NCBI RefSeq assembly: GCF_021869535.1
Contig: NW_026262582.1
Location: forward strand, 51,460,001-51,524,000
DNA from: Mytilus californianus
Taxonomy: Eukaryota
Length of the DNA: 64,000 nt
Reading direction: 5' to 3'
Shown one piece after another: positions 25,936-40,170 of this stretch. Every line of letters starts with the position of its first letter. Positions within the stretch are counted from its first letter, which is position 1. The position numbers were made by a program, and so were the translations under genes. Below the pieces are notes generated by a model that was not told the DNA's origin, ran no database searches, and saw nothing but the letters and a program-made list of their open reading frames with translations.

Positions 25936-28900
25936 AGGGAAAATTAAGATTCACTCTAGCATCACAGTTGGTCTAATTCTCTAGACGTATATCTAGGTCC
26001 AATCCAATTAGTTTTTCCCACTGGCGACAATTGTAGCATTTTCATTAAATAGACTTCAAAAAGTTGATTTTCAGAATGAAACATTGTAAGGAATAGAGAA
26101 AAATAATTGCACCAATATTATTTTTATTCCCAAAATTATAGGCTCCTTATGCTTTTTATTATAAAATTTTGAGTTATCTCCCTTTCCTATCAATTTTGCA
26201 CTTAAAACCATGCTGCCTCACAGTTTAGAAGACTTCTTAGTTCCTTTAGGACAAAGAGAAAAATATTGTTTTGTCTTTGGAATATGAAAGACTCCATGAG
26301 GTAATAATCATTGTGAATTAGGATTGGAGTCTAACATATCTGCTGAGAACCCAGGCTTTGCTCTCATAACCTCAGTGTTGACAGGCTAGTGATCACTATA
26401 GATAATCTACTAATAGACACCCCCCCCGTCACTATTTGAAACCTGCTACAGGTTTTACAAGATTGTGTTAACACACAGTTCTCATATTCAACTATTTATT
26501 TCACAGGTTTTATCAATGCATATTTCATCAATAGCAATACAAAACAAGATTACGTATTGAATTTCATTGACTATAATGCAATTAACAGAAATTTATAAAG
26601 AGATATTTAAAAGCCTGCAACAGATCTTACAATATTAAAACAGTGTTTGAACATAATACGTGATACTATATTAATTTCACACACTCTATCTAAGCTTATA
26701 TCATCTATAACATATTGGTTTACATTTAATATAGCAATGTTAATAACATTAACGTAAATAGAGAAATAACCTTGAAATTGTAAACTGCAACACGTTTTTT
26801 ACAATATTGCATCATGAAAACAGATCTTGCATGTTAGAAGTCTCTCTAGTGGATAAATCCATCATCTCTCGCCATACCAATAATTTCATAAAAAATCCCT
26901 CGTATACATTAAATACTACCTAATTAGTTTTCATATATTTACAACAGCAAGCTTAAAAAAGATTTTCCTAGTATATATTAAATTACTGCCTTATTAGCTT
27001 ACATATTTTTACAACAGCTAGCTTAAAAAAATTGCAACAGTTCCTCGTACCCTACTCAATTTACTATTTATATTTCATTAACTCCATTCAGCCGTAGTGT
27101 ATCTATACCATTATAACAAGATTTTCAAGGTGTACATTAAATGCTTTAATAGCTTTGATACCTTTTAACTGAATTGTTGGAATAATTGTATAAAACGATG
27201 ATTAACAACCCTCTTACATCCCACTTCAAACAATCTTTTACAGTAGCACCTGGCGTCATTTTACTAAACACTGTTAAAGATCGGTGTTTATTCATGTAGT
27301 TACTACGTTTTTTTGCTGAGAAAACACACCTGAAATGATGTTCAGTTTGACGTCATTAAAACGATAAGTCTTTTGAAACAACCTTCAACAGCTGTACGTT
27401 TTCAAAGTAAACCAGATTTACACACATCTGACTCAGTTTTTGACTTTAGTAACAAGAGGCTGTTTATGTTCATTGGTTGTTATTACAATGTTACAAGTAA
27501 CAAATCAAGGTTAATGTCCTACAGAAAGGACCAAGGATGACGTGTGCCGCCAAATTCGGCCACATTTTTATGATGTTAACATATCGCTATCTCTTTAATA
27601 TATTGTAATTCTTTTTAAAAGTAGTTACATGTAATGTTTTAAGAAAAAATGGCTTTACTATCATATTCTGATGTCATAGTTATGCAATAATCAAGTGATA
27701 TTATGGCAAAATCTTACATATTTGTCAAAAAAAAAGGCAATTATCTATATATAATGTAAAACATTATCAAGCAAATCTTAACTAGTTTTCTTTTCCCTTA
27801 GCATGTTACTCTAGTACATAATATGGGGTACTATATACTAATATATTACAGTAAAACCGATTTATGTGTTAACAAATTTTCTTCTAATGGTGATTGGTCT
27901 ATCTGACCAATTAAAATTTTATCAAGAGTTGTTGTGCTTGGATCACTTTGTGTAGTGCCAATAGGTACCAGTTTTTGTTGGCAGAAACCAGCAGCTTTCT
28001 TTGAAAGGTGGTTGGTTTCCTCAGGTTAGAATTTACCTGGTACCTGAGTTTTCTAGGGTTATCATTTTGGGAAATACTTATTTTCTTAAGGTTTAATAAT
28101 TTCATTGGGTACCACTAAGTTTCATTGTATGAGAAAAGATGAAATGATTTATGATTTGATTGATTGATTGGTGATTGCTCGATGTCCAGTAACAAATATA
28201 TCATCTATATTCAATTAAATGGTTTTATCATGTGCTTCTTTTTCCAGTTTTTTCTTGCTACAAGATACTGAAAACTTATTTTCATCTTCATTCCGTAACA
28301 GCCAACTTCTTGACAATTCATTTTCACAATTGTACGATCTTGTTTATTGTAATCGTTAAAGAAAAGATCCAAGTATGACCTATTCACAAATATTCATATT
28401 TGTTTAAAAAAATTCTACTCACGAAAAATAAATGGCTCTGTAAAACTTGTTGGTTTATGGTTAACCAAAACTTTTTAAAAAAATTTATAAAAAATGCCTA
28501 CAATTTTAAACACATCAGTTTGCTTTTGAACAACCAAAAAGTGTTTCTTTCTTATTATACATTTTAATTTACCCATTACTTTCTTTAACTATCTTTAATT
28601 ATTCTACCATTAAACATTTTTAACTTTGTCTATAACATTTCAGACTAAGTATAATGAAGCATTACAAGGTAACATCTGCTAGAAGGATGGGGAAAATTAA
28701 AACTACATACACTTTAGCAACTATATCCTTTAATTAAACAAACATTTACAATCGTTTTGTCTCTACGAATCTTCATCGTATCACAGATATTTTGTTTAAT
28801 GCGCCTTTTCTAAGACAGGAAATGATTGACCTGAAAGAGGGCGGCAAACTATATATAAACCTATTCAAACATAAATTATGTAATAATTAATATTACATTT

Positions 28901-30693
28901 GTCTTTTTAGAAAAAGTAACAAAATTTCAAAACTTTACCATTACTCACGTATTACGCACACATTTCCACCAGTCAATGATAAGTCACTTTCAGTACTCAG
29001 AGACCCCTTTCTAAATTTTTCTGTATGGTTAGTTTCTTCTAGTTATCATTTTTCCAGTTTGTAATTTAGTTAACAAATAATATTCAATATTAATTTTTAA
29101 TAAATAATATTCAATATTAATTTTTTAAAGAAAGTTACACAAATTACTATGAAACTTCAGTTACATCATAAACCAAACTTGTGAAAGCCAATTTTCTTCA
29201 ACATGGTCAAGTCTACTTTAATATATTTTCAATGTTGTAAAGGGCAGTATAAAAAGAAATCAGGCTTTCAAACAAAATTTCTCTACAACTTGGTGTTTGA
29301 TTTTGTCCTTCCAACTTTGGATTTGACTCACTCACTGCGCCACTGATCAGAGTCTTATGACGATGGCACATTAGTGTTTGGCATAACAAATTATATAGTC
29401 CAGTTAAGTCAGCAATTCTGTGATGACATGAATTATCATTGATATTGTCATATTCATAAATTAACTGATTACAAACCTTTAAATTGTTTGAACTAACTAA
29501 GGATTGTGTAACCAAGGAATAGATTATCTTAGCTGAGTTTAATGGTAAAACCTTTCAGATTTTTTGGAATCCTTAATGCTCTTCAATTCTATAATATTTG
29601 GCCTTTTACCTTTTATGGTTCACTTAGCGTCACTTTTATTTTAGAGGAAACGTGTGTCTGGAGTAGAAAATTTTTAACCTGGTATCCTTGATATTAGTTA
29701 TCTTATCTATATATCTTTAATGAGTTTTTAGTAAATCTAATCTCAAGTCATCTGAATGAAGCCACATCACCTGAACATCACCTGAACAATATTGATTCCA
29801 ATACCTGAAATTTGTTTAATTATCTGTTGATCAAACTCTCATTTGATCTGACCAGCTGCATGAAAATTGGCCTAAAACATGTATAGTGTATACTGTTCTC
29901 CAATACAAAAATACACAGGCATTATGTCTCTGAATTTATTATTTTTTTTTTCATATGTACTTTAATATGTTAACATTTATATGTTATATTAAGGTATAAA
30001 AGGTGGAAAAAAATCAGAAACAAGTGCCTGTGCAAAAATATCATCAATTGTTCTAAAACAATTCAAATTGGTGCCTCATTATGCCAATTCCAATTGCTAA
30101 TGAGAAGTATCTGCCAAGACAAAAATTTAGAAGACAAAAATTTATAAGTGTCCAAATGCTTAGACAACTACAAAATGAGATAACACATATCTATCTGTTT
30201 TGTAACTTTATTACCCGCTATATCATCTACTGCAGAAAGTGGCCTGAGATTTTATTCTTGAAAGGGAGACTTATTTTTTACGTCCAAATTAAAATCAACA
30301 ATTGGAGTTGAATTGTAAACACACTTTGTTCTTTCCCTTGTCCAACAGAGCAAAGACAAAACTGTATCTATCATATGTTTGGGTCAAAATAAAATTTAGA
30401 TTGTTTGATGTTGCCTAGTACCCTGGCCTAAATAGCACATTATAACAGGCTACCTGAAAAACTTTATGACACAAATCGTTTCAATTTTTTTTTCTAACTT
30501 TTTTTCCGTGCTCTTACGTCTTTTCTTGTCTCAAACATGTAACATATGTTGTTAGCAAAAAATATCAAAAAATCCCTACCTTACTGACCAATCCCTACAA
30601 CCCATGGGTATAGGCAACATCAAACAAAGAATTTGTTCAGGGTGGCCTTAGTATGGGAAAGTCTTTTCAAAAAAAAATTCTAGGCCAATTTAT

Positions 30694-31587
30694 ACAAGAG
30701 GCTCTCAAGAGCCTGAATCGCTCACCTAAATTTTTTTTGCTTAAATCTTTCATCAATGATTATTTTTGCTTTTCAATATATATTAATGAGGGGCTTAAAA
30801 ATGCCATTTAAATGTTCTTTGTATCTGTCATATTTTCTTCAAAAGCAAAAAAATGCATTTTACCCCTATGTTCCATTTTAGTCATAGTGGCTATGTTTCT
30901 TGACGTACAAGGAAATAAAATACAAAATTTATACTAGATACTCTGAAACTCATTCAGACCAAGTTTGGCTGAAATTGATTCAGCAGTTTCAAAGGAGAAG
31001 ATTTTTTAAAGTAAGCAAACTAGATGAACAAATTGTGAAAAATTGTCTTTAAAGGGCAATAACTCCTTAAGGGGTCAATTGACATTTTATACTTAATTGT
31101 AGATCTTACTTTGCTGAACATTTTTGCTGTTTACAGTTTATCTTTATCTATAATAGTATTCAAGATAATAACCAAAAACTGCAAAGTTTCCTTAAAATTA
31201 CCAATTTAGTAGCAGCTGTGAACCCACAACAATGGGTTGTTAGATTCATCTGAAAATTTCAGGGCTAATAGGACTTGACCTAATGAACTTTTTACCCCAT
31301 GTCAGATTTGCTCTAAATGCTTTAGTTTTTGAGATATAAGCCAAAAACTGCATTTTACCCTTATGTTCTATTTTTAGCCATGGCAGCCATGTTTTTTGAC
31401 GAAACAAAAAATAACACAAACTTTATTTTAGATACCCTAAGGATCATTCAGCTTAAGTTTGGATGGAATTGGTTCATTAGTTTCAGAGGAGAAGATGTTT
31501 GAAATAGTTTACACCGGACGGACGATGACGATGACGACGGACGCCAAGTGATGGCAAAAGCTCACATTTCCTTTGGAAAGGTGAGCT
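30694..31587. mobile_element. Helentron-like non-autonomous element, family B
   Basis: Starts ACAAGAGGCTCTCAAGAGCC, GACG-type microsatellite near the other end, terminal hairpin agctcac...gtgagct followed by an A run. Confidence 0.7.
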
Positions 31588-31845
31588 AAAAATGAATGGC
31601 ACTTAATCATGGATTTTTAAACTTATTTTCCATATCAACCATTCTACTGCAAACAGTGGTCTGAGATCTTATCTATTCTATCAGAGGGAGAATTTTGCAT
31701 CCAAGTTAAAAACATCAATTCAAGATGAATTATAAACACACTTTTTTCTTTCTCTTAATATTTAGCCCAAAAGGCAAAACCAAAAAGTTTCTTTCATGTT
31801 TGGTATGAGAAATTCTTTTTAAAAAAATCCTTAAGGCTCATTTAT

Positions 31846-33215
31846 ACAAGAGTGCACATGCTGAAATGTCTCGCCTTCTTTACTAATCATGTTGATAGTC
31901 CTAAATATAAAGCTTTCTTACAACTGTCACATAAACTTAACATTAACAAAGAAAACTAAACATTGACCAATGAACCATGAAAATGAGGTCAAGGTCAGAT
32001 GAACCATGACAGGCAGGCATGTACAGCTAACAGTTCTTCCATACAACAAATATATTTGACCTATTGCTTATAGTTTAAGAAAAACAGACCAAAACACAAA
32101 AAAATAACACTGAGTAATGAACTGTGAAAATGAGGTCAAGGTGAAATAAAACCTGCGCGACTACAGAAAGATCATAAAATATTTCCATACACCAAATATA
32201 GTTGACCTATTGCATATAGTATTAGAAAAAAAGACCAAAACTCAAAATCTTAACTTTGACCACTGAACCATGAAAATGAGGTCAAGGTCAAATGACACCT
32301 GCCAGCTAGACATGTACACCTTACAATCATTCCATACACCAAATATAGTTGACCTATTGCTTAAAGTGTAAGAAAAACAGACCAAAACACTAAAACTTAA
32401 CATAAGCAATGAACCTTGAAAATGAGGTCAAGGTCAAATAAAACATGCCAGACTGACATGTACATCGTAAAATATTTCCATACACCAAATATAGTTGACC
32501 TATTGCATACAGTATTAGAAAAACAAACCAAAACACAAAAACTTAACATTGAGCAATGAACCGTGAAAATGAGGTCAAGGTCAAATAAAACTTGCCAGAC
32601 TGACATAAACATCGTACAATATTTCCATACACCAAATACAGTTGACCTATTGCATACAGTATTAGAAAAACAGACCAAAACACAAAAACTAAACTATGAC
32701 CACTGAACCATGAAAATGAGGTCAAGGTCAGATGACACCTGCCAGTTGGACATGTACACCTTACTATCATTACATACACCAAATATAGTAGACCTATTGC
32801 TTATAGTATCTCAGATATGGACTTGACCACGAAAACTTAACCTTGTTCACTGATCCATGAAATGAGGTCGAGGTCAAGTGAAAACTATCTGACGGGCATG
32901 AGGACCTTGCAAGGTACGTACATACCAAATATAGTTATCCTATTATTTATAATAAGAGAGAATTTAACATTCCAAAAAATCTGAACTTTTTTTTCAAATA
33001 GTCACTGAACCATGAAAATGAGGTCAAGGACATTGGACATGTGACTAACGGAAACTTCGTAACATGAGGCATCTATATACAAAGTATGAAGCATCCAGGT
33101 CTCCCACCTTCTAAAATATAAAGCTTTTAAGAAGTTAGCTAACGCCACCGCCGCCGTAGCCGCCGGATCACTATCCCTATTTCGAGCTTTCTGCGACAAA
33201 AGTCGCAGGCTCGAC
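31846..33215. mobile_element. Family A element, 8 internal units
   Basis: Same termini; unit marker gaaaatgaggtcaaggtc recurs every 146-147 bp, last interval 155 bp. Confidence 0.8.
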
Positions 33216-33919
33216 AAAAATGAATGGTGCCTAATTGTGTAATTCTACATGACTGTCATACAAGTGAGAGGTTTAGCTAGCTATAAAACCAGGTTTAATC
33301 CACCATTTTCAACATAATGAATTGCCTGTACCAAGTCAGGAATATGACAGTTGTTTTCCATTCGTTTGATGTGTTTGAGTTTTTGATTTTGCCATTTGAT
33401 AAAGGACTTTCCGTTTTGAATTTTCCTTGGAGTTCGGTATTTTTGTTATTTTACTTTTTTGTATGTTGAAACCTATTTTCAATACCATTTTACTGCAATT
33501 TTTTAAAGACTGGCCTGAAATTTTATCTATTCGAGGGAGAATTTTGTATCCAATTTGAAAACATCAATTGAATTATAAACACACTTTTTTCTTTCCCTTT
33601 TTAGCCATAAGGGTAAAAACATAATACATAAAAAGTTTCTTTCATGTTTAGTATCAGAAATTCTTAAAAAAAATATCCTAAGGCTCATTTATAAAATGAA
33701 TGGTGCCTAATCGTGGATTGTATGTTAAAACCTATTTTCTCTACCAATCATTCAATTCTTAAGCTGTGATTGATGTTCAGAATGCATTCCTACAGCACAT
33801 ATTGGCTCTGAGGATGGGTAACGCAGACAAAAATAAACAATAAACTATTAATCTAATGCCATGTAGAATAAAATAATCAGCTCAAATTGATTAATAATTC
33901 AAAGGAACAAATATAATGT

Positions 33920-35260
33920 TGTCTGTGCTGTCCACTTGCACATCCTAGGGAATAAATTTGTATTTTTTGCCAAAAAAAATTACTTAAAGATAGACGAATC
34001 TGAAACTCAGTTCTTATAAATTCAAAGATGTATTTTTAGACAAACATTTAACTCATTTGTCACTCATAATTGTCTGTGTTGTTCAGTGGCACATCTGTGG
34101 AAATAAATTTGTATTTTTTGCCCAAAAAAAATGGCTGAAAGAAAGACACACAGAGACAGATCTGCAGATATTTCTTACAATTTCAATAATGTACTTTATT
34201 CAACATTTTACTGACATTTGTCACTAATCGTTGTCAGAGGGTGTTGTCCACTTTCAGGAGAATAAATTTTGGGAAAAGACTTTATAAGTTTGATTAACTT
34301 GTGTCTAATTCCTTTTGCATATTTAAGCAAATAAAATATGTTTAAACTAATAAATTCGTATTTTTGCCCCAGCCCCCCCCCCCCCCCCCTCCTCCAAAAA
34401 AAAAAAATTGGCTGAAAGAAAGACACACAGACAGATCTACAGCTTTTCTTACAATTTCAAAAATGTACTTCTGTCACGAAATAGAAGTTCCTTCATAATA
34501 TAAGTTCCAAGTGGAATAAATCTTCTGTAATATTATTTCCATTGAATAAAGGGTATAGAATATTTGTTCCAACAGGAACAGATAGTATGACATTGTTTAT
34601 AACAAAGTTTCCAGGGGAACTTCTGTTAGGCGGAACAAATATATGTTGACACTTCTAGACAAACATTTTACTTATTTGTCAATAATTGTTGCCTGATTTG
34701 TCCACTGGCACATCTGGGAGAATAAATTTCTATTTTTTGCAAAAAATAAGACTGAAACAATATTAGACACACTGACACAGACAGAACCTGCAACTTGTTC
34801 TTATAATTTCAAAGATGTACTTTAAGACAACATTTCACTCATATCTCACTTCAAATCGTTGTCCCTGTTGTCCACTTGCATATCCAGGGGAATAATTTTT
34901 TTTAATTTTTTGCCAAAAAATGGCTAAAAGATAGACACAAAGACAGATCTGCATCAATTTCTAATAATTTCAAAGATGTACTTTAAAACAAATATTTTAC
35001 TCGTTTTTCACAGAATGACATGCAGACAGATCTGCAACTATTTCTTATAACTTCAATTATGTACTTTTAATGATTGTGTGTGAAAAGTTACCCACGTAGG
35101 TTAGAAGAATAATAAAGAAACCGAAGAAGGTCACTGTGGTAGAAAGGTATTAAAACAATGGTTTGATTACAACAATAATGCAAAATGTGTTCCATATTAG
35201 AATTTCTATACAATTAATGTACTTTTATACAAACATTTTACTCATTTGTCACTAATCGTT
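33920..35260. repeat. Degenerate ~150-165-bp tandem repeat
   Basis: Recurrent gttgtccact..aataaattt..ttttgcc..agatctgca..atttcaaagatgtac..caaacatttt. Confidence 0.75.
34472..34651. mobile_element. TGT...ACA element with 4-bp TSD (Ginger-like MITE or solo mini-LTR)
   Basis: Termini tgtca/tgaca, TSD cttc both sides, partial longer IR (gaagttcc/ggaacttc); interrupts a unit of the surrounding tandem repeat. Confidence 0.65.
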
Positions 35261-35497
35261 CTTCCGATTCATCAATAACTCTCGTATCTGATTAAAGTTT
35301 CAGAAAGATTAATGTCAAAGTTGGGTGGCTATATATACAACCTGTTCAATTCAAACATTAATTACATAATGTACTTTTAAAACTATTGATCAGTTAGACA
35401 AATGATAAGATACCCTTCCAATGAAAGATGTAATGTCAATGTAGGATGGTTGTTTATAAATAAAACTTTCTAAAATTTTACAACTATTAATTAATTA

Positions 35498-35765
35498 TAA
35501 ATAAGAAGATGTGGTATGAGTGCCAATGAGACAACTCCATCCAAGTCACAATGTATAAAAAGTTAACAATTATCGGTCAAAGTACGGCTTTCAACACAGA
35601 GCCTAAGTGGCTCACACCGAACAGCATCTGGCTATAAAGGGCCCCAAAATGACTAGTGTAAACCAATAAATCAAACAGGAAAACAAACCGTCTAATCTTT
35701 ATAAAAAACGAGAAACGAGAAACACTTATGAACCACACCAACAAACCACAACCACAAATGTCCAC
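35498..35765. repeat. Abundant interspersed repeat (aagaagatgtggtatga..gccaatgagacaactc..); other copies ~10319, 13468, 42820, 45578, 48990 (inverted), 50599, 59545
   Basis: Shared leading motif seen directly at these positions; class not determined. Confidence 0.75.
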
Positions 35766-35979
35766 AAAGTATTCTCTAAAATTTTCATTCAAGATAAGAT
35801 AACAAATGATATTATAATCTGAACCATTATGTTGTTCGTTTTCAAATGAAGTCAAGTGCTGGTGGTTGATCTGGTCTGTTGTTAACTATCTTTATTTTTG
35901 GATAATTCCTGTTATCCTTTGTTGTATTATGTTGGACAATTGAGTACATCTCATACAACTCTGGACAATACACCAATTC

Positions 35980-36515
35980 CATGATCTGGGAGTATTTCAA
36001 GACTCTAAATTCATGAATTGGGAGTATACTACGTAAGATTTTAACTTCATGATCTGGGAATATCCCAAGACTCTACATTCATGAACTGGGAGTATACTAT
36101 GTAAGATTTTAACTTCATGATCTGGAAGTATCCCAAGACTCTATATTCATGAACTGGGAGTATACTACGTAAGATTTTAACTTCATGATCTGGAAGTATC
36201 CCAAGACTCTATATTCATGAACTGGGAGTATAGAGTATACTACGTAAGATTCTAACTTCATGATCTGGGAGTATCCCAAGACTCTGTATTCATGAACTGG
36301 GAGTATAGAGTATACTACGTAAGATTCTAACTTCATGATCTGGGAGTATCCCAAGACTCTATATTCATGAACTGGGAGTATACTACGTAAGATTCTAACT
36401 TCATGATCTGGGAGTATCCCAAGACTCTATTATAATTCATGAACTGGAAGTACAAGATTCTAACTTCATGATCTGGAAGTATCCCAAGACTCTACATTCA
36501 TGAACTGGGAGTATA
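35980..36515. repeat. 68/75-bp minisatellite, ~7.7 copies
   Basis: catgatctgg starts at 35980, 36048, 36116, 36184, 36259, 36334, 36402, 36467. Confidence 0.95.
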
Positions 36516-38200
36516 CATAAAGAGTAGACCTTTCCGTCTTTCAAATAACCCAAACTATCATCTTTTCTCTGTTTAGGTTCTGTCAAATTTAAAAAAAACA
36601 TACATATTACTTGCTAAAAGGGAGACAAACTCAAAATTGTGTACAGGCAGCAGCGAAGTATTTTAGATTGTCGTAAAAGTTTAAATCAAATAAAACCATT
36701 CAAAATCATCAATTCAAAAAAATGAGAAATCTTGTTTCCTCCCTGTTAATATGTAAGTTATTCAAAAGGAATGCTTAAAACATAGAATCAATAAGTCAAC
36801 CAGAACCACAAAAGATTTGAATCAGAAGCCTGCAGCCCCATAAATCTGCAGAGTAAACAAGGTCATTGAACAATAGGTTTATCTACATAATAATCTAAAA
36901 GACTTGAAAAGCAGTAATGAAGTGAATTTCCAAAGATCAGTACTGAGTTGAAAACAAAAATAGTAATTTTGTACTAAAACTTTAAAATTTTGCATAAAAC
37001 AATTAATGACAAAGTTACCAAGTCCGGAAAAATGGGAAAAATTCTTCAAACTATTCCATAAAGGCAAGTGTATAACTTTAACCTGTGTGCAATCTTTCTG
37101 TAATGTTTCATAGATCTGGGTTGAAAACTGATTACACAAATAAGGTACCCACTTTTCCTCCCAGTGAGCACTAGACCACCAATAAGCTCCATATCACAAT
37201 ACTATAAGCCAGTTTTGGACTTAATCAATTACCCTGCCAAAAACATTGTAGGGTTATGCATGTGACATAAAATTTCCAGGAATAATGGTGAAAAAAAATT
37301 ATGATTTTTTCTGTATGAAATGGGTGATTTTGGGCCAAAAAGGTTTGTTCTTTTCTGACTTATTTATGTGTTGCTGGGTTGCTTCTCAATGACATATACC
37401 CAATATCTCATAAAGTTAATTTCAAACCATGGCCAAGTACCAGTTTTTTTTAATGTCTTATCATCAGAAACACAGAAAGAAAGATTCAATCTACACGTAT
37501 AATCTCATGTGTTAAAACATTTATTACTATCCATGTACAAAATAAACAAACATGTTTTGTTGCATAATAAGTCTTAGAATATTATTGTTATTTATTAAGT
37601 GATAATTGACAAAAAACAAAACAGCATTTAGTCTCAAAGAGTTCAAATGCATGTTCTAGACAATGATCTTGAGATTTGAGAAGAGACAGGTGTAATTCAG
37701 CTCAGTGTAAAAAGAAAAAGAATGGATATGTTTTACAAAACCCCAAATTTATTATGCACTTGATAAAACCTGTGAAAGGCAAAAGAACAGAGACTTTAAT
37801 TGCTGCTCTTCCATCTTAAAGTCATAGTGGGGTCTTCAAAACAAAGCAGTCTGCTCATGCCTTACAGCAAAAATGCCCTACAAATGGTTTGAGCAAATTA
37901 AGTAAACCAGCTTTGAACTAACAGTCAGCAATGTCCCTTTAAGGGGCCATGATTCATTAAAATTTTCAAAGACAAATTTACAGCATATTCAGATCATCAA
38001 AGCAGTACAACTAGGATGAAGAACAACAATAAAAGTGGACATTGCTCTCAGGCGTGAGTGAGTGTACATTTTTGGTATTCCATTGATTGAAAATAAAAAG
38101 GCATAAGATCAAGTGTTCCTAAAACTAGTTTATCCGAAACAAATGTTAGTCTACCTGTTCCAAAACTCGCACCTTGTCAAAGGCCGTCTTTAGTAAGTTT

Positions 38201-38694
38201 AGTTTGAGTTTCACTGTGTGTATTGCTGTGCGTTTGTTCATTCTGTAACATTGGCTAGAGGTATAGGGGGAGGGTTGAGATCTCACAAAACATGTTTAAC
38301 CCAGCCACATTTGCACGCCTGTCCCAAGCCTCTTGCCTTTGTTAGTCTTGTATGTTTGTTTTAATTTTGGTTCATTTATATGTTTCGGAGTTAAGTGTGA
38401 CGTCCATTTTCGCTGAACTAGTACACATTTTTGTTTAAGGGCCAGCTGAAGCCCGCCTCGGGGTGCGGGTTTTTTTAATTGTGGTTCATTTATATGTTTC
38501 GGAATTAAGTAGTGTGACATCCATTTTCTCTGAACTAGTATACATTTTTGTTTTGGGGCGGTAACTAAAGCATGCCCCCGGGTGCAAGATTTTCTCACAG
38601 TGTTGAATACCCATTGGTGGCCTTCGGCTGTTTTCTGCTCTTTGGTCGGGTTGTTGTCTCTTTGACACATTCCCTGTTTCCATTCTCAATTTTA
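38201..38694 (+). mobile_element. 3'-end copy of the same PLE with an internal ~110-bp tandem duplication
   Basis: Same motifs and same 3' terminus cattctcaatttta; block ttcatttatatgtttcgga...gtgc occurs twice. Confidence 0.85.
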
Positions 38695-39224
38695 TTAGTT
38701 AAATCTTATCCTTTAGGGAGTTTGGTGTTGATGACTGATCTTTGATTGTCTCTGTTGAATCTTCTCACAAATATTCTAGACTAGTAGCAATTTAGAGCTT
38801 GCTTATTGTAAAGGACATTTGTATTATGTTGAAGACCACACATTAATCTCCAGATACCGTCTGCTTTCTCATTCATTCACTGTGAGCCGTCATTGTGTTG
38901 CTGTCTTATTGACATAATAGCCCATTTGGCGAATCTACTGGTATAAAATCAGGCCACAATTAACACTCTGACATGCCTTTTGTTTTCAGATAAATGGCTT
39001 ATATATAAATTCAAAGTTACTATTTGTTTAACTTTTGTACTGTATATTTATTTACATATTCCAATGTTACTCCTTCAGCATTTGAATGAAGTATTACAAG
39101 TTTAAAAAAAAAAAAACAGCATGCTCTAAAAAAGGGGAAATGGCTACATCAATTTATAATCATATGAATTCAAAATTAATTAAAAAATATATTCAAAATG
39201 CTTTGAAAGTAACAAAACAATAAA

Positions 39225-39290
39225 TAAAATTGAGAATGGAAATGGGGAATATGTCAAAGAGACAACAACCCGACCAAAGAGCAGACAACA
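39225..39290 (-). mobile_element. Minimal 3'-terminal fragment of the same PLE
   Basis: taaaattgagaatggaaatggggaatatgtcaaagagacaacaacccgacc is the reverse complement of the shared 3' end. Confidence 0.8.
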
Positions 39291-39483
39291 ATAAAGTCTA
39301 TTTTGCAGGAGTCTTTATTTTATAGTCCCTCAACAAACTGGATAACCCGATCTGAAATCTGTGGATAGATCCGAATCCAGAGAAGCAATTACACGAAAAA
39401 ATACAAACAGTGGGTAAATAAAATCTGGATCCCAATCCCAAAGAGGATTATGCCCCATAGAAGTCAGATCCAGATTTACTTAC

Positions 39484-39608
39484 CCACCGTATGCATTTTT
39501 CATGCAATTGATCCTTGGAATTCGGTTCCCTCCGCGGAATTTTGGATCAGGATATCCAACCGTGCTCCAAGAGATCAGAAGACTATCAAAGTGACAACAA
39601 ACTTCCAT
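39484..39608 (-). CDS. Candidate exon (MEVCCHFDSLLISWSTVGYPDPKFRGGNRIPRINCMKNAYG)
   Basis: CpG-containing open frame ending at a strong GG|GTAAGT donor; starts either at ATG 39608 or at acceptor tttgatag (99-nt exon 39484-39582). No homology recognised. Confidence 0.3.
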
Positions 39609-40170
39609 GATAAACACCCTTTCTTTACTTTATTTTCACATATTTAATAATAATTAATCCACTTACTTTTAAATCTATGCTATTTACTCCGAATTAAAGT
39701 CTTGAATGTGAGAATATGACAGACAAAAATGGTTCTTATGTGCACTTGCAAAAGAATTATTAGATGAAAAGATTCTACAAGTGCATTTGTACCTGATGGT
39801 TGATGATAGTTACTGTCATATCTCAGCATGTCAAACAGATTTTAGTTATCATACTTGCATTTATGTTCAGCCCAGAAATGATATGTTGCTATCTTAGGCA
39901 TAATTCATAGTGATTTGTGGATCAAATAGAACTTTTGTCAGTCTTTTTTAAGTACGTTTGATATTGACAATGAGCTAGCAAAAATACAAAAGTATACACC
40001 AAGTGCACTAACTTCTGTAAATTTAAACGCATTAATTAATGTGATTTTTGAACATTAGACAAAATTACTAGATTTATCTAAACAAATTCTGCAAATGCTG
40101 TGTACAAATAATACTGTCAAAATTTGAAATGGCGAAAACTAATATCCTGTTCAAATTTTCCAAATAATAA

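Larger units (their letters stand above)
30650..33750. repeat. Local ~260-bp tandem duplication interrupted by three insertions
   Basis: Unit tgaatgg..gagggagaatttt..aaaacatcaatt..aagtttctttcatg..aaggctcatttat at 31593-31845 and 33221-33692 (plus partial flanks). Confidence 0.8.
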
